A model generated the notes under the pieces. It ran no database searches and was not told the origin of the DNA. It saw only the letters and a program-made list of their open reading frames with translations. The translations under genes and the position numbers were made by a program. From Dimorphilus gyrociliatus (lineage: Eukaryota; Animalia; Annelida), in contig CAJFCJ010000011.1 in NCBI GenBank assembly GCA_904063045.1, forward strand, positions 1,178,001 to 1,242,000: a stretch of DNA of 64,000 bases, given 5' to 3'. Below are positions 1 to 13,022 of the stretch, piece by piece. Within the stretch, counting starts at the first letter, position 1, and each line of letters starts with the position of its first letter.

Positions 1-151
1 TATTACTTTTAGAATGATTTCTAATCATATAGTATTAACCCTAATCGAAAAAAAAGCTTTGTCTGCAAAGTAGTGTAGGGAGAGCGAGAGAAAGAGAGAT
101 AGAGAGAGTGAGTGAGAGATAATTCTAGTTCACTACTTCTGCTGTATCGTC

Positions 152-178
152 TATATATATATATATATATATATATAT
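152..178. repeat. (TA)n microsatellite
   Basis: Perfect TA run; similar runs at ~3048-3076 and ~56380-56405. Confidence 0.9.
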
Positions 179-799
179 TAGTATATATATATTCTAATAT
201 ATTAGCTACAACATTAACTTCATTTTGCAGTTTTATTCAATTTAATCATACACAATAGGTGTTTTGTTCTTTTCTTCATCCATCATAGAACTGTTTCAAT
301 CATTGAGATACAAAATAAATTATTGTTACACTATCAAGCATACGTGAAAGCAATATGGCGGTTAACTTATACTTCTTTTATCCTTAATACCTTTCGTTTA
401 ATCTTCCTCTTTCAATTTTAACTTTCTTGCTTCATTTCCTTTCATATTTTGTCCAGCTAGTGTCTCTACTAATATATACAGTATATACAATCTTTATATA
501 TATATATATATAAATTTCTCCTTGTCCTTTATGTTCAACTTTATTAATAAGAAAATTGATCTAGTAAAATATTCTATTGGAAAAGAGATGTTTATACTAC
601 GAAAGGTTTACATAGCTAAATTAATTTTTGGTCTTAATATTTAATAGTGTCTAATTTATCTATAACCTTGATTTTAATAATAGAGTATATGTTTAAAAGA
701 AGTTATTTCGATACTCTGAACGTCATAGGCAATTTTATATAGTTAATGTAAATATCACTCATAAAATAGGGTGAAAAATTGTGTTAAGTATTCCAGAAG

Positions 800-1040
800 G
801 GAAGGGGGGAGCGGAAAGAGAGAGAGAGAGAGAGAGAGAGTAAGAGAGAGGGAAAAGAGATAAAGAAAGATAGAAACAGAATGAGCTGGTGAGGGAAAGT
901 GGGAGAAGGAGAAGAAGTTTTATATGTGTATTTCTACGATTGCTAGTATGTATATACGGATAAACGTGAGTGTAATCTCTCAAAAAGAAAGAGTAAAAGA
1001 GAGAGAGTGAGAGAGAGAGAGAGAACAACTAGATAGAAGA
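800..1040. repeat. Purine-rich (GA)n block
   Basis: GAGA runs at ~815-850 and ~995-1025; these generate the low-complexity SLSLSL ORF 759..1028. Confidence 0.85.
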
Positions 1041-2491
1041 AGAGATAAATAAAAAATGGGCAAAATCATCGTTATACAAGCATTTTACACTGAAACTATT
1101 AATATATAAATAATTTATGTAATTAGTAAAATCTACTTTAATTAGAGGAGAAGGTAAATATGTCGTTGACCTTTTTAACATGAATGTTTAAAAATATATT
1201 TTAGTAAATTCGTAGGTTAACTTTGCTAAAGCTGCAATGTAAAAAAACTCTGTCCTATTTATAGCCAAAATATAAAGAATTTCAAACGCCAAGCGATTTG
1301 TAGATTCTCAATATGAACCAACGAAAAAAATTCTAAGCCTACTTTTCCTTTAAAATCCAGGATAGCGTAAAAGTCAAAGATGAGTTGTAAACTTCGGCAT
1401 TTTAGTTGCATTAATTTCAATAAATGCTTAACATATATATATATATACAGTATTAAATAGCTAAAAGGTAAATATCTGTATATTATTTTGTATATTCTTT
1501 TATTTATATTGATATTTATGTTATTTATTAGCGCTTGCCTTTTAGTTTTACCAAGAAATCTTTAGATCTAAATTCGCCGAAAATTTAACATTATGGAATT
1601 GTTTATTATACCCATTGTTCAATTGTCCTATGTTTCGATTGGGGTTTTTATCGCTAAGCTCTTTATGAGCCACAGTTCTCGAAAGACTAAAAATCCGACT
1701 GACTGCTTCATCTGGTCTCTGTTAACCTTTATACGTTCGTTTATACGCTGTATTTTTTTTTTTATATACTGAGCATTTTGTTTTATAACTTGGTTTTTAT
1801 AATCAAAAAGAATAAAGTATTCATAAAACGTAGACGAAATATAGGATAGTAATTTCATCATTTGGTTTATTCTATTTCATTCCTCCTACTCTTTTTTTTC
1901 TCGATTATTTTCTCCTCCTATTTCTCTTCCATCTTTCCTTCTTTCTCTTCTTCTCTTCACTCCCTTACCTATCCTTCTATCCCTACCCATAATCTTTTCT
2001 TTCTCTCTTTCCATGGCTCTTCGTTCTTCTTCCCCCCTCCTCCTCCTCCCCTCTCCCTTTATTCCATTATTCCTTTTTTGTGAGCTATTTCAGTCTATTA
2101 GGGGCTTTAACTTCTCGTCCCCTAGCCAATCAATATTATGTAGCACAACTAAAGAAGATTGAAAATAATAAATGTATTGTTTTAATATAATATTTTAAAT
2201 GACGAAGAGAAGAAAATTGATAATTCGTCTATTTTCCGCAAAAAATATCATGGGTAATCTCAGCTAAATCAGCTTTTTCGCCATTTAACATTTTGATAAG
2301 CTTAAAAAATATACAAACTGCTTATCTTCATTCTATGTAGTTTTAATTTCTTCTTTCTTATCGTTGAAATAAAAAGAAAGTTCATTCTATGCATAATTTA
2401 TCATTCTTACGATGTTTTGTTTTGTATATATAGACATATTATCGATTATATTATTATTAGATTTTTTCTCGTTATAATACCATTAAACACT

Positions 2492-2493
<2 letters not shown>

Positions 2494-2526
<33 letters not shown>

Positions 2527-2540
2527 CTCTCTCTCTCTCT
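2494..2540. repeat. (CT)n microsatellite
   Basis: Near-perfect CT run; others at ~7250-7306, ~8480-8600 (GA), ~17934-17954, ~23131-23166 (GA), ~44577-44599 (GA). Confidence 0.9.
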
Positions 2541-3046
2541 TATTACGCTATAAAACATAGTTATTTATAAACTACATTTGTTCAACTATCGTATATACTG
2601 TATCTACCTAGAAATAAGTTAAACAAAGGTTTTTTTCATTTTTCGCTATGGTAACAATTTGATAGATGAGTAAAAATTTATCTTGATGAAGCTTTATAAT
2701 TAGTTAAAGGCCTTTTTTTTGGCGAAAAAAACTGAATTAGACAAAGTAAAACCAAAACTGTCTGTTTCAATTACTCGACAATAAAAATGAAAAAGCCATG
2801 AAATATATGGGAAATAATTGAAATAAAGAATTACTATGGTTGTAAACAATATTGTTTTAAAGGACTAGATAAAGGTCTATAAATAAAAATCAAAATTATA
2901 TTAATATGAATTGCAATAGTAAAAAAAGTATTGTATGTATTGCTACCTATATATATTTCTTAACCTCTAGCAATATACACTTATATGGCTTGTTTGATTA
3001 TAAAAAAGATTTTTAGCAGTTTTATTGATTTGTTTCGTTAGAATTA

Positions 3047-3082
<36 letters not shown>

Positions 3083-3397
3083 GCATTTCAAAATGAATTC
3101 TACCCCAGTTAATAACTAATAGCAAAGTTATTTTGCACTTGGCTGGTCCTATAAAATTAAGACAGAGGAAAAATCTATGATATGAGATAAATAGCTGTGT
3201 TTTCACCAGTTAAAAGTAAAGAAAAAGTATAGTATAGAGATTTATTTTTTATTATATCGTTTCTATTTAAATTTCAAATTGTTCTCCTCTTCTTTAACAA
3301 AAGTAGCTACTTAACACGATATTTTTTATTAGCTTTTATCTAGTTTTATAGAAGAAGAGTAGATTGAGGAAAAGATTGAAAAAAACCCGTCTCTTCT

Positions 3398-3818
3398 ATG
3401 ATGAAAAAAGAGACAGGAAGAGTTACCCAGAGGACAAATGTAGCTGCATTTTTCATGATAGTAATTCTGATATCTATTGTTATATTCTCTTTGACTGTTT
3501 ACAGATATTTAGATCTTTGTAAGTGTGTTATTTTTTTTCCTATTATAGTAGTAAATTAATACTTTCTTTTTCTATTAAATTACGTCACTATACAATTGCT
3601 ATATTACTATTTTTTTGAATAGAACAAAAAGTGGAAATCACTATATTAGTGTTTACAATCATAATTTAAATGGAATTGCAGACAGCACCTCCGTACGGAT
3701 AAATACGGTATCAATTCATATAATTTACTTTTCTATATTAAATCTACTATAAAAAAACATACATAAAAAGAGATTATTTCGCCTCTTTGAAAGACTATAT
3801 TATATATTTAATCCTTAG
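3398..3818 (+). CDS. Candidate 3-exon single-pass membrane micropeptide (~64 aa)
   Basis: Exons 3398-3518 (MMKKETGRVTQRTNVAAFFMIVILISIVIFSLTVYRYLDL, donor GTAAGT), 3682-3707 and 3771-3818 join in frame; the second intron is 63 nt, typical here. The last acceptor (AAG) is weak. Confidence 0.35.
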
Positions 3819-4099
3819 AGATAAATATATGTAAGAAATATGAACTAAACGAGTAACAAAAGAGGAAAATAAAACAAACGGTATTAGCTGCGTTCCCTAA
3901 CAAGATTCACATTGTATATTTATACTAACAACTTTTCATTCGAATTTTTCATAGTTAGAATATTATAAATGGCCATTAAGAAAACACTAAACAGACTGTA
4001 ACCTTTTTGAGTAAAATAGGAGAAATAGCTATTGTAATTTGATATGGTGACTTTTAGACTTATAAGAGAATGTTTATTTTAAGAGAATTCAATTTCCAA

Positions 4100-5545
4100 T
4101 TAATCAAAACTACATTTGATATTGAAAGATATGCTGGGAAGGAAGCTGATTAATTTAGTATATTTCCCTTTAATGATAGCAGCTGACTCATTTGAATGAT
4201 TAGGTGATGGAGAAACATTACATTTCCAGAAAAATATTTCGACTTTTTTCCTCAACTGATAAGAGAAGACCTTGAAACATAAGGATTTCAACGAAATAGT
4301 TAAAAATGATATGAAGTTAATTAACTATTTTTTTTGTTTTTCCTTGTAATGCTGGTATAAAGCGGGAACTTTTTGTTGAAAATATAAGCCTTTTTCAAAA
4401 AAGAATCTTTAAAGAAAACATCTAAAATTACTAATCAAGGTCATTGTACCAATAGAAGGGAATATTGACCCCTTTTAGGCAAAGGTAACAGCTCTCAAGT
4501 AACAATTCGATAATAGTTGATAGATTGAATTAAACGTATATGTACAAATATATTTATATTTGACTATTAAGCCTGTACGGTTTCTCTAGTAGTACATGGG
4601 AAAACGGCTATCTTTAATCAATTAATTAATTGACTAAATGCTATTATATTACAGTTTTGTTTTTCATTTTTCCTGCTTCTGTTCGAGTAGAACTTTTTGA
4701 TATTTTTCCCTTATCATTTCATTATGTTATCCCTTTTTAAGAAGATGAATAATTAAGCGAGTACTTTTTTTGATTATAGAATGGAGAATACTTAAGAATT
4801 TTTTTTTAATTTAAACTGAACAACTCTATCAGAACTGTTACTCTGGCTAAGTAATGCGGAAAAGGTGTGAGACGTGCAGGCATCTTCCATTAGTCTATTT
4901 CTTAGTTTTCCTGCTCAATCAAAACTTTTTCGGTTGGTGAAAAACGATAATGGATAATGTTACAGATAACAATGGTCTTTAATGGGAACACTTCTTTCAT
5001 CAATATCTAAATAAATGCAATCATATTGAAATATGTTATTATTTAATTTTATAATATATGTTTTCATGCTGTATGTCTTTTGTAAACATTGCTGGTTTAG
5101 GTAATATTGAATGATCATTCTGTATCAATTCTATAAGAAGAGATAAACTCACTTTTGGACACTTGAAGCTATTTAATTAGGGTTTTTTTTGCTTTTAATT
5201 AAATCATTCAAATGAGAAAAATCTAATGGCTAAATGCTTGCAGTATATACAATTAATTTCTTGTAGAAATAGTTGTCCAATGAGGTTGTTTTTTTATTTC
5301 TGTATCTAAAAATGGAGAATAATATAAACACATTTGTATTCTAGAAATATAGTACTACCCTAAATATGAAGTTGATAAATCTAATCTGATAAAATAAGCT
5401 CTTTTTTTGCTAAAATAAAGCAGTTTGTTGCCCGGATTTGAGGAAATCCGATAGAGTTTACCCAAAAGGGTAGCGTCTAGATTAAACAGGGCTGTTTACA
5501 ATATAGAAAAAGTCCAGTATTGACACTGTCAACCTTGAATCTAAT
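4100..5545 (-). mobile_element. Highly decayed Ty3/gypsy-like pol fragment (protease-RT)
   Basis: Motif ghosts in the expected order on the minus strand: IRFKVDS (protease DSG-like, ~5522-5545), PIK..YRFSPTEKVLIEQE (~4910-4990), PLPK..FFKDSFLKKAY (~4383-4490), KVEIFF..AAII..KLISFL (ORF 4100..4291). Many stops and frameshifts. Confidence 0.4.
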
Positions 5546-7261
5546 TATATAACTAAAAGAGAGTGATATAATGAATATGCATTTATAATTATCATTTATA
5601 GGATATCTGTTGCTGATTCTCATTCTTGAGGGAAAAAAGAGTCAGGTCATGATATTCTCCTCAAGGAATCACTAAAGAGTAACATTCAGCATCAATTTAG
5701 TTGATTCGGTGGCAATTGATGACAAAAATTTGTATTCTTGTACTCAAGTGTATTTTTCTTAGTTAATAGCCTTTTCTATATAAATGAATTCTCTCATTAG
5801 TTATTATATTTGTATATATATCTTTATACTTAATTCATTAAGCATTAATTTATTTCGTTCAATGTTTAAATGAACGTTAAAGGTGTTTAATTCTTATCTA
5901 AACCAATTGAAAATAACTTTGAAACTTATGAAGTAACTGAGGAAGTTTAACGAGTTAAATCAATTTTACTCACGTCATACAAGTATTAATTTCAAATAAT
6001 AAATCATTGTCTTTTCTAAGAATACTAATATTATTTATAATAAACAAAGTTGAAATTAATAATCTACCAGTTTGCGCAAACATTCTTTTTGTCTAATTGT
6101 CATCGACATTAAAAAGAAAGTTGCACTTTCATCTCGTAAATTGGTGTCAATTAATCAATATCATTGATTTTATAAAATCCTCTTGAGAATACTTTATATG
6201 CTGTATGATATTACTATATCCCATATATATGTATATGCTGTATATATACAGTATATATTGCATATATACAGTATAGTGAGAGAGATAGATGAAGATCGAC
6301 AGAGAGACAAATTCGTACTGAACGAAATGGTGAGAAATGAAAAAAGAAAAGAAGAATAATCCTTCTAAGAGATCTCTACATGTTTCCTTATTTTAGTCTT
6401 TTTTAAAGGCAGTTATTAATAAACCAAAGATATTCTTTTTGTCTTTTATTTATCTATATCAAAACGGAATATTAAAAAGAAATAGAGTATCCCTTTTAAA
6501 CTATATACATGTTATACTTCAATCGTTATTGATAGATATATAATTGATTAGTTAATTCTATAAAAGTGTAAGGTTAAGAGTAGTTTCTATTAGATGTATA
6601 ATACACTTATCCATACTTTATAAATAGCATATGCATTAATTATACCAAGAATTGCATACTTGTAGAGAAAAGTGTCTAACGAACGATTGTGTCTTTTAAA
6701 ACCTTATTGTTAGACTCTTCTAAAATACAAATGATTTTAAATGGGAAAAGAGGAAGTAGAGAAATTCTATAAGGTTCTAAAAGATTTTCTTTTTACTTAT
6801 CAATCTTATTGAGCCATATCAAAGGATTTAGAGAAATTCGAGAACGGATAAATTGGCCATTTGAAATGAAGAATAGATGAATTATAATCAACAGAGAAAT
6901 TGAATAATTCATCAAAAGACAAATCATAGTACTACTCTCTATAATTCTATTACACCTTTTTAGGTAATATAGTTTCTTCTATATAATCTTTAAATATTTA
7001 ACGAAAGGAGTAAAATATAATCAGTTTACTCTGTAGAATTTATTTAACGATTTATCTAACTTATCTTTTCTCTCTCTCTAAGAATAGTATGAAACATAGA
7101 TATTCTCATAAGTTTCTTTTTCTCTACATCATTAAAACTTTCTAGCTAGTTTTAAAAGGATTTGGGAAATATCTAACTCTTTTATTGACGTATGTAAATA
7201 TAGATTATAAAAGAAAAGACGCCTGCAATATTCTCACTGTCTCCCTTTCTCTCTGTCTCTT

Positions 7262-7307
<46 letters not shown>

Positions 7308-10279
7308 ACTCTCTTTTGAAAACTAGTAAAGCTTTCCCTTATTAACTACAAATGAGTTTTTTGTCTTTTTTAATACAGAACTCTCTTCAGTTAATCATTT
7401 TCCCAGAAATCGTAAATGTAGTATCAGTAATTTTCTGTATACGTTACTTTAAACGAATACACGAAGTAACAAAAAAGATCTTGTAGCACTTTACGTACAT
7501 TTTCGTAAAGTAGCAGATATAAAGATGGCTCTCCGAAAACATTACAAAGCCGATATTGTAATTTCTTTCTTTGTTTATTTATAAAGACTACAAATAATTT
7601 AAGTGAATGAAACGTTGATATAAACTTATGAAGGAATATATATTCTAAATACAATATGGCGAGGTGATATAAATAACAAGCTAATGATATAATAGCTTTG
7701 ATAAAATATGTTGTTCTAAATGTTTTTTTGAAAGAATAGTTGGTAATAAAACTTTTAATCTATCAACAGAACCTTATAATAAGCAAACTGCTTTATATCT
7801 CTAACAACATCTGTTTAGGTGATGGATTAAGACCAAGAAATATAACATCTTTATAAAGATGAAAATGAAACACATCGTTCATTTTTTTTTCTTTCGAAAT
7901 TTCATCTTTCTACAAAGTCCTTTTCTAGTATTTGAGCGTTGAATAATTCGCTATTTCTTTGGTATATTGGCTTTTTTTTTATCCTATCATAATTAATGAA
8001 TTTCTATAGAGCAGCTCTAAAAATAAGCTAAATTAATTCAGTACCTTTCATTTTTATATCTTAGATATAAAAGTAGTGAAACGCCACCTTTTGGTTATAT
8101 TAGAAAGGAAAAATTCTCTTTTCTTGACTCTCCCTCTCTGAAATGATGCTAATTATCATAGTTTCTTTTATGTATTAAAGCTCATTTTTTTCTTAGTAAT
8201 ATTAAAACAGTGAAAGATAGATAATATTACTTTGAGCTTTTACGCTATACGACTTTAGCGTAGAGGCTTAACAGAAAAGTCAATAAAAATTGATGAAAAA
8301 CGATGTTCCAAATACCAAAAAGAAAAAAAAATCTCTTAAATAAAAGTGATCTCATTCGTAAAATAGAAGTAATTTTTTTTGATGAGTCAACAATCCAAAG
8401 ATACCAGAAAATAATGCATTAAGGAAAATGATTGATCTGCGTAAGTGTCCTATGTTAAAAGTATCTGTGGGGGGCCAAGAGAGCGAGAAAGAAAGAGAGA
8501 CAGACAGACGCAGTAAAGTAAACTAGAGAGAAAAGAAATAGAGAGAGATTGAGAGAGAGAGAGAGCAATAGTGAAAGAGAGGCGAGAAAGAGAAAATAGA
8601 ATATACAGAAATTTTATATATAAAACAAGAAAGAAAACCATTGAAATACACATAGACACAAATATATATATATATACATAGCTACTCATATTTGAATTGT
8701 TCTTTTTATGAAAAGGCTATGATGAGAGTGATTTCTTTTTATCCAAGAGCGAATATTTTCTGCTTTATCATTAGAAATCGTTACTTTAGCCTATAATATT
8801 TGTAAGTATGCTGATTTCTTTTGTATTCTAAAAGTAATTTAAGCTTTTTACCAGAAAAAAAATTATACATTTTTACTTCTAATATTAGTACCAATCTCAC
8901 CGTTAGATACTGATGGACGATTTCTTAGAAAAATAATTTGCCAGACATTATTCAATGCTGAACTGAGGTGACATTTTTGACCTTGGAACTTGTTCTTAAT
9001 CAAGGAATATGTGATGTATTTAATAAACAAGGGTAGCTTTCATGCATGTGACTTTTATGCTTTTTGAGATGAAGTGTTTATGGCTGAGTGACCTCAAACT
9101 AGCATAAATTGTCAGATAGCATCAATTCAAATAAACTTCTATGCAAAACTTTAAAAGAAAACGTAAATTTCATAGAATTTACCAATAATGTTTTTTGAAT
9201 AAACTTTTCGCTATTATAGATTTTATAATAGAAAGCCCAGTATAATTCAATTTGCTTATATAATTGTTCGAAACGACGTTAGAGAAATTTTTAAGTGTTG
9301 CTCCTACTAGAAGTTCAAAGAAGTTTCCTGAAAAAGGAATAGATTATCAAATTTTAGACTCCTACAACATTAGAATATCAAATTATGAGTGAAATTTGGT
9401 TTTATGTTATAGATATTAATACTAAATTATTTAAAACTTATAAATCTTATATAAGAAATTTAATAGTTTTTCCTCTTTTGAGAAGATTTCAAAAAAGGAA
9501 AGACACGAAAACAAACAAATCTTGTCCGTTACGCAATCTGGTCATTCATTTGATAAATAAACTGAAAGATAAGCTAAATATTCTTCGGTGACTAATAAAA
9601 CTGTCAATGTATATCAGAAATAAATAGCTCAAAAACCCCTAATCTCAAGAAAGGATATTCTTTTATATAAAACCATCATTTTTTTACTAAATTCGGTAAG
9701 AAATCAGCAAGAGTATTGCCTAAATTTAATTAAACTATCGCTGCATAATAAGGACGTTAAAAATATATCCATTAGTCCACAGTAAATCTGAATAATCTCC
9801 TTTCAATTTTCTTTATGTTAATACTGAAACTTCTATTCTGTTGATGTTTTTCTTTGGTCAACCTACTAAGGAGTGAGAGAAAACTTAATAGACCTCTATG
9901 TAAACAAAATTTCAATTCCATTGAAATCTAAACTTTCTAATCTTCCCTTTTGTATTAAAGATATATTCATATTGAAAACAACAATACTTAAACGTTTGTT
10001 GTTAATTTGGATTTGTTTTTTAAATCGTTTTACAGTAGATAATAATCTTTAATAAAATTTAATAAAATAGATATTATACTAGAATCTATCAATATCAGAG
10101 TTAAAATTTACACTAGAAAATGCTCTATCAATGCAACTCAAGTCCTACTAGCAAATACTTTCATGATAATAACTTATTATTTACTCTTCTGCATTAGTGG
10201 AAAGTATTACAATGATGCTTTGTAAGCTAAAAATTTTTATTAAACTTTAACTGAAATGCTCTTAACAAAAGTATCATTT

Positions 10280-12585
10280 CTAGATTCCTCGACAAGATAA
10301 ACAACAAACATTTCGTACTGCATTACAGAAATTAGCCCCATAATATTTTGCGCCTCCAGCACAATTCACCAAAGCAAATACTTGACCATTTTTGTTTCTT
10401 AAATAGAAATATCGATTTGTATCTGTACATGAAGATGATCCTCCGCTTGTAGTTGTTGTTGCAGCAGTTGTTGTAGCTCTTGTTGTTGTTGTTGGAGCTG
10501 CAGTAGTGGTAGTAGTTGTGGTAGTTCTAGTTGTTGTTGTTGGAGCTACAGTTGTAGTAGTAGTTGTTGTCGTTGCTGTAGTGGTTGCAGCTGTTGTTGA
10601 TGCTGGCCCTTCGTCGCCATTGCAATTTCTCCCTTCAAATCCTACAACACATTCGCAAGCATATTCTGAATTTCCGTACTGGCGACAGACACCTCCGTTC
10701 TTGCATGGATTTGGCTCACATGGAGAAGAAGATTCGGCGATGTTATTGTTTGAAGCTTTCAAACCTTTCATACTACAAGATCGGCAACAAGTTGAAAAGA
10801 AATTTCCAAAACAAACATGAGGCATTTCTCCAGCAAGTTCTCCGCATGATGTAAAAGTTCTAACATAACTTCCATAGTTGACTGGAACATTCACCGGGCT
10901 ATCGTTACAGTTCGATCCAACTGATCTATCCAGAACAGAACCGGATGTACATTCAGTATTGTGAGACTCTCTTTTGTAATGAGCCAATTGACTTTCCGCA
11001 ACGCATCGAGCTTTTAAGCAAACTTTTCCACTACCACATGAACTTCCGTCTTCTGCGCCGGGCTCTTCGTATTTACAAAAGTTTCCCACACGACAAACTA
11101 AACGGTGACAAACGTCGTCCTTTTCAGAAGCCGAACATCCGCGATCATTGGCAACGGCGTCATTTCCAAATCTCAATTTGCATTGCTCAGTCAAAGAGTA
11201 CTTTTCGCCAGCATAAGCTGAATCTTTCAGAATGTCATCGCTGTTAAATGCGCCGTGTCCGCAAACCTTGTTCATCAGACACACTCTCGGGAAGCCATTT
11301 TGCGAATTTCCGGTGATTGTGTTATAGATTGAGTTGATGGAACATTGACTAAGAACAAAGGCATTCTTTAGTTGACTGACTGTGTAATAAGTAAGTGTTG
11401 GAGTCATGACATTCTGAACACTGGCTGCGCAGGCTGTGTTTGGGCCAGAGCCATCGTGGGGAGAGCCAAGATTATGTCCCAATTCATGAGCGGCAGTCTT
11501 CCACGAGTCTAAACCAAGATCTTCGTTGATGGAGATACCTCTTCTTGAGCATACACCTCCAACTGGAGCGAATCCAATTGTGCTGTATCCGGCACCGTAG
11601 ATATCCTTCTTTGTCCATACAAAAGTATGATCCCAAGACATCCAATCTTCGCCACCAGTGTTTTCGGTATTGTCCATCCATTTAGAGATTTCGGAAAGTG
11701 ACGTTGTTGCATTAATAACTTGTCTTCCTTCGTGATCAGGCATATTCAGTGGAGCTGGTCCATCAGTAAAGGGACATTCGCCTCTGTTTCTGAAGATGAT
11801 GAACTTTTTCACAAACAACGACATCATGAATCTTGGATCGTTGATTCTTCTGTAGACCATGTCAATTCCGTTCATGATTTGACTGTAGTAGTATCTAATG
11901 TTTTTAACAGTATCATCTTGTCCATTTGTTACGGAAGACTGGAGGAAATAGTTCCAGACTGTATAGTCAACGAAAACGGCAGATTCTATATGATAATGAG
12001 GTTTGGAGATTGATCTTTTAACTCTACTTTCCAAATCATCAATGGTGACCATTTCGGTTTGGGCGTCGAACGCTTGAGCTTGTGGACCGGGAACACCAAC
12101 AACGTGCTCATCCTCTCCGCCATTTTGTTTTGGAGCAATAGAGACTTCCAAACCTTCATTTTCAAATTTTCCTTCGATAAATCTTCTAACTCTTCCGTTT
12201 TCTACTTTTTCAGTTACCATAACAGCAGCACCAGTGTTTAAATCTTGATAGGCTTGAACACCTTCCAAATATCCCTGAGCATCTTCGCCGCCGGCAAAGG
12301 AGATTTTCATGTTGGGATTAATGTTGGTATTTCTCTTTAGTCTAAGTTGGAGTGTATTCTTTTCAAGAGGAACATTTACATGAATCTCATGTTCTTCGCC
12401 AACAGATCGACGAACCCTTCTGAAATTTTCCAATTTAACAGTTCTTTCCTCTGAAATACAAAAGTAAACTCAATTTCAATATGAGTGTTCAAGTTTTAAG
12501 TGCGAAACTTAATGATAGAGTGATACAAACGAATTGGAACTGCAGCAATAAAGCCAATCAGGCATAAAGCAACAAAATATTTCAT
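10280..12585 (-). CDS. ADAMTS-like secreted zinc metalloprotease (M12B), copy 1, 741 aa
   Basis: Exon 1 12585-12531 (signal peptide MKYFVALCLIGFIAAVPI), 80-nt phase-1 intron 12530-12451, exon 2 12450-10280. Furin sites RVRR and RVKR, HELGHNLGSPHD zinc motif, Met-turn NVMTP, ADAMTS-type Cys-rich domain, PLAC-like (C-D..CC-SC), EGF, Thr-rich linker, second PLAC-like. No TSP1 repeat. Confidence 0.93.
10284..12558. repeat. Left arm of a ~2.28-kb near-perfect inverted repeat (partner 52270-54544)
   Basis: Matching positions always sum to 64828 at every anchor checked (no indels); ORF-track proteins are identical; three synonymous substitutions found by spot comparison. Confidence 0.95.
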
Positions 12586-12632
12586 GTTTCAGTCTAGAAG
12601 TTAGATGCTTCTGTGTTTTTTGAGTTTTCAGA

Positions 12633-12640
12633 CTTTTATA
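12633..12640 (-). promoter_or_regulatory. Putative TATA box of ADAMTS-like copy 1
   Basis: TATAAAAG ~50 nt upstream of the ATG, at an equivalent position to TATAAAAG in copy 2. Confidence 0.55.
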
Positions 12641-13022
12641 TATGAGTTAGTTTTTAATTAAAATCTGTACTAAACAGCTGATCATACTGTAGTGTTGTAT
12701 ATTAAAAATATGAGCGAATAAATTAGGTAAAATCTATATATTTGCGTTGCTAAATTTGAATAAAACCTAATTATAATCAAGACCTTTAACTGTTTTTATA
12801 AGTCATCATATTGATATCTGTAGAAATGTTTGCGTTAGAAAGTTAGTTGTCTAAAAATGTCTTTAATTTGTTGAGCCTATAACAATAAGTGAACATGCTT
12901 GATATGTATCTGAGTAAAAAAGAAGGAATACAATTGATAGTCAAAATTGGTTTATTAAAAAATATATAAGTGAGTTTTATTAAACAATTAATTCCCTTAT
13001 CTTTGATTAGATATCTTTTCTA

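Noticed and set aside
1628-1861. 77-aa minus-strand ORF with a coiled-coil-like K/Q/R stretch
   Set aside because: No recognisable motif or linked exons; could be chance or a conserved non-coding element.
759-2083. ORFs 759..1028 and 1862..2083 (also 8450..8689, 23023..23220, 45636..45975)
   Set aside because: Translations of CT/GA microsatellite tracts; low complexity.
10561-10600. Short tandem ACA/GCA repeats as a possible CRISPR or satellite array
   Set aside because: Coding Thr-rich mucin-like linker; no repeat-spacer structure and the context is eukaryotic.
10506-12241. Opposite-strand and alternate-frame ORFs inside the protease genes (poly-Val ORFs etc.; mirrored at 52587-54322)
   Set aside because: Shadows of the real CDS and its ACA/ACT Thr-repeat; no independent coding signal.
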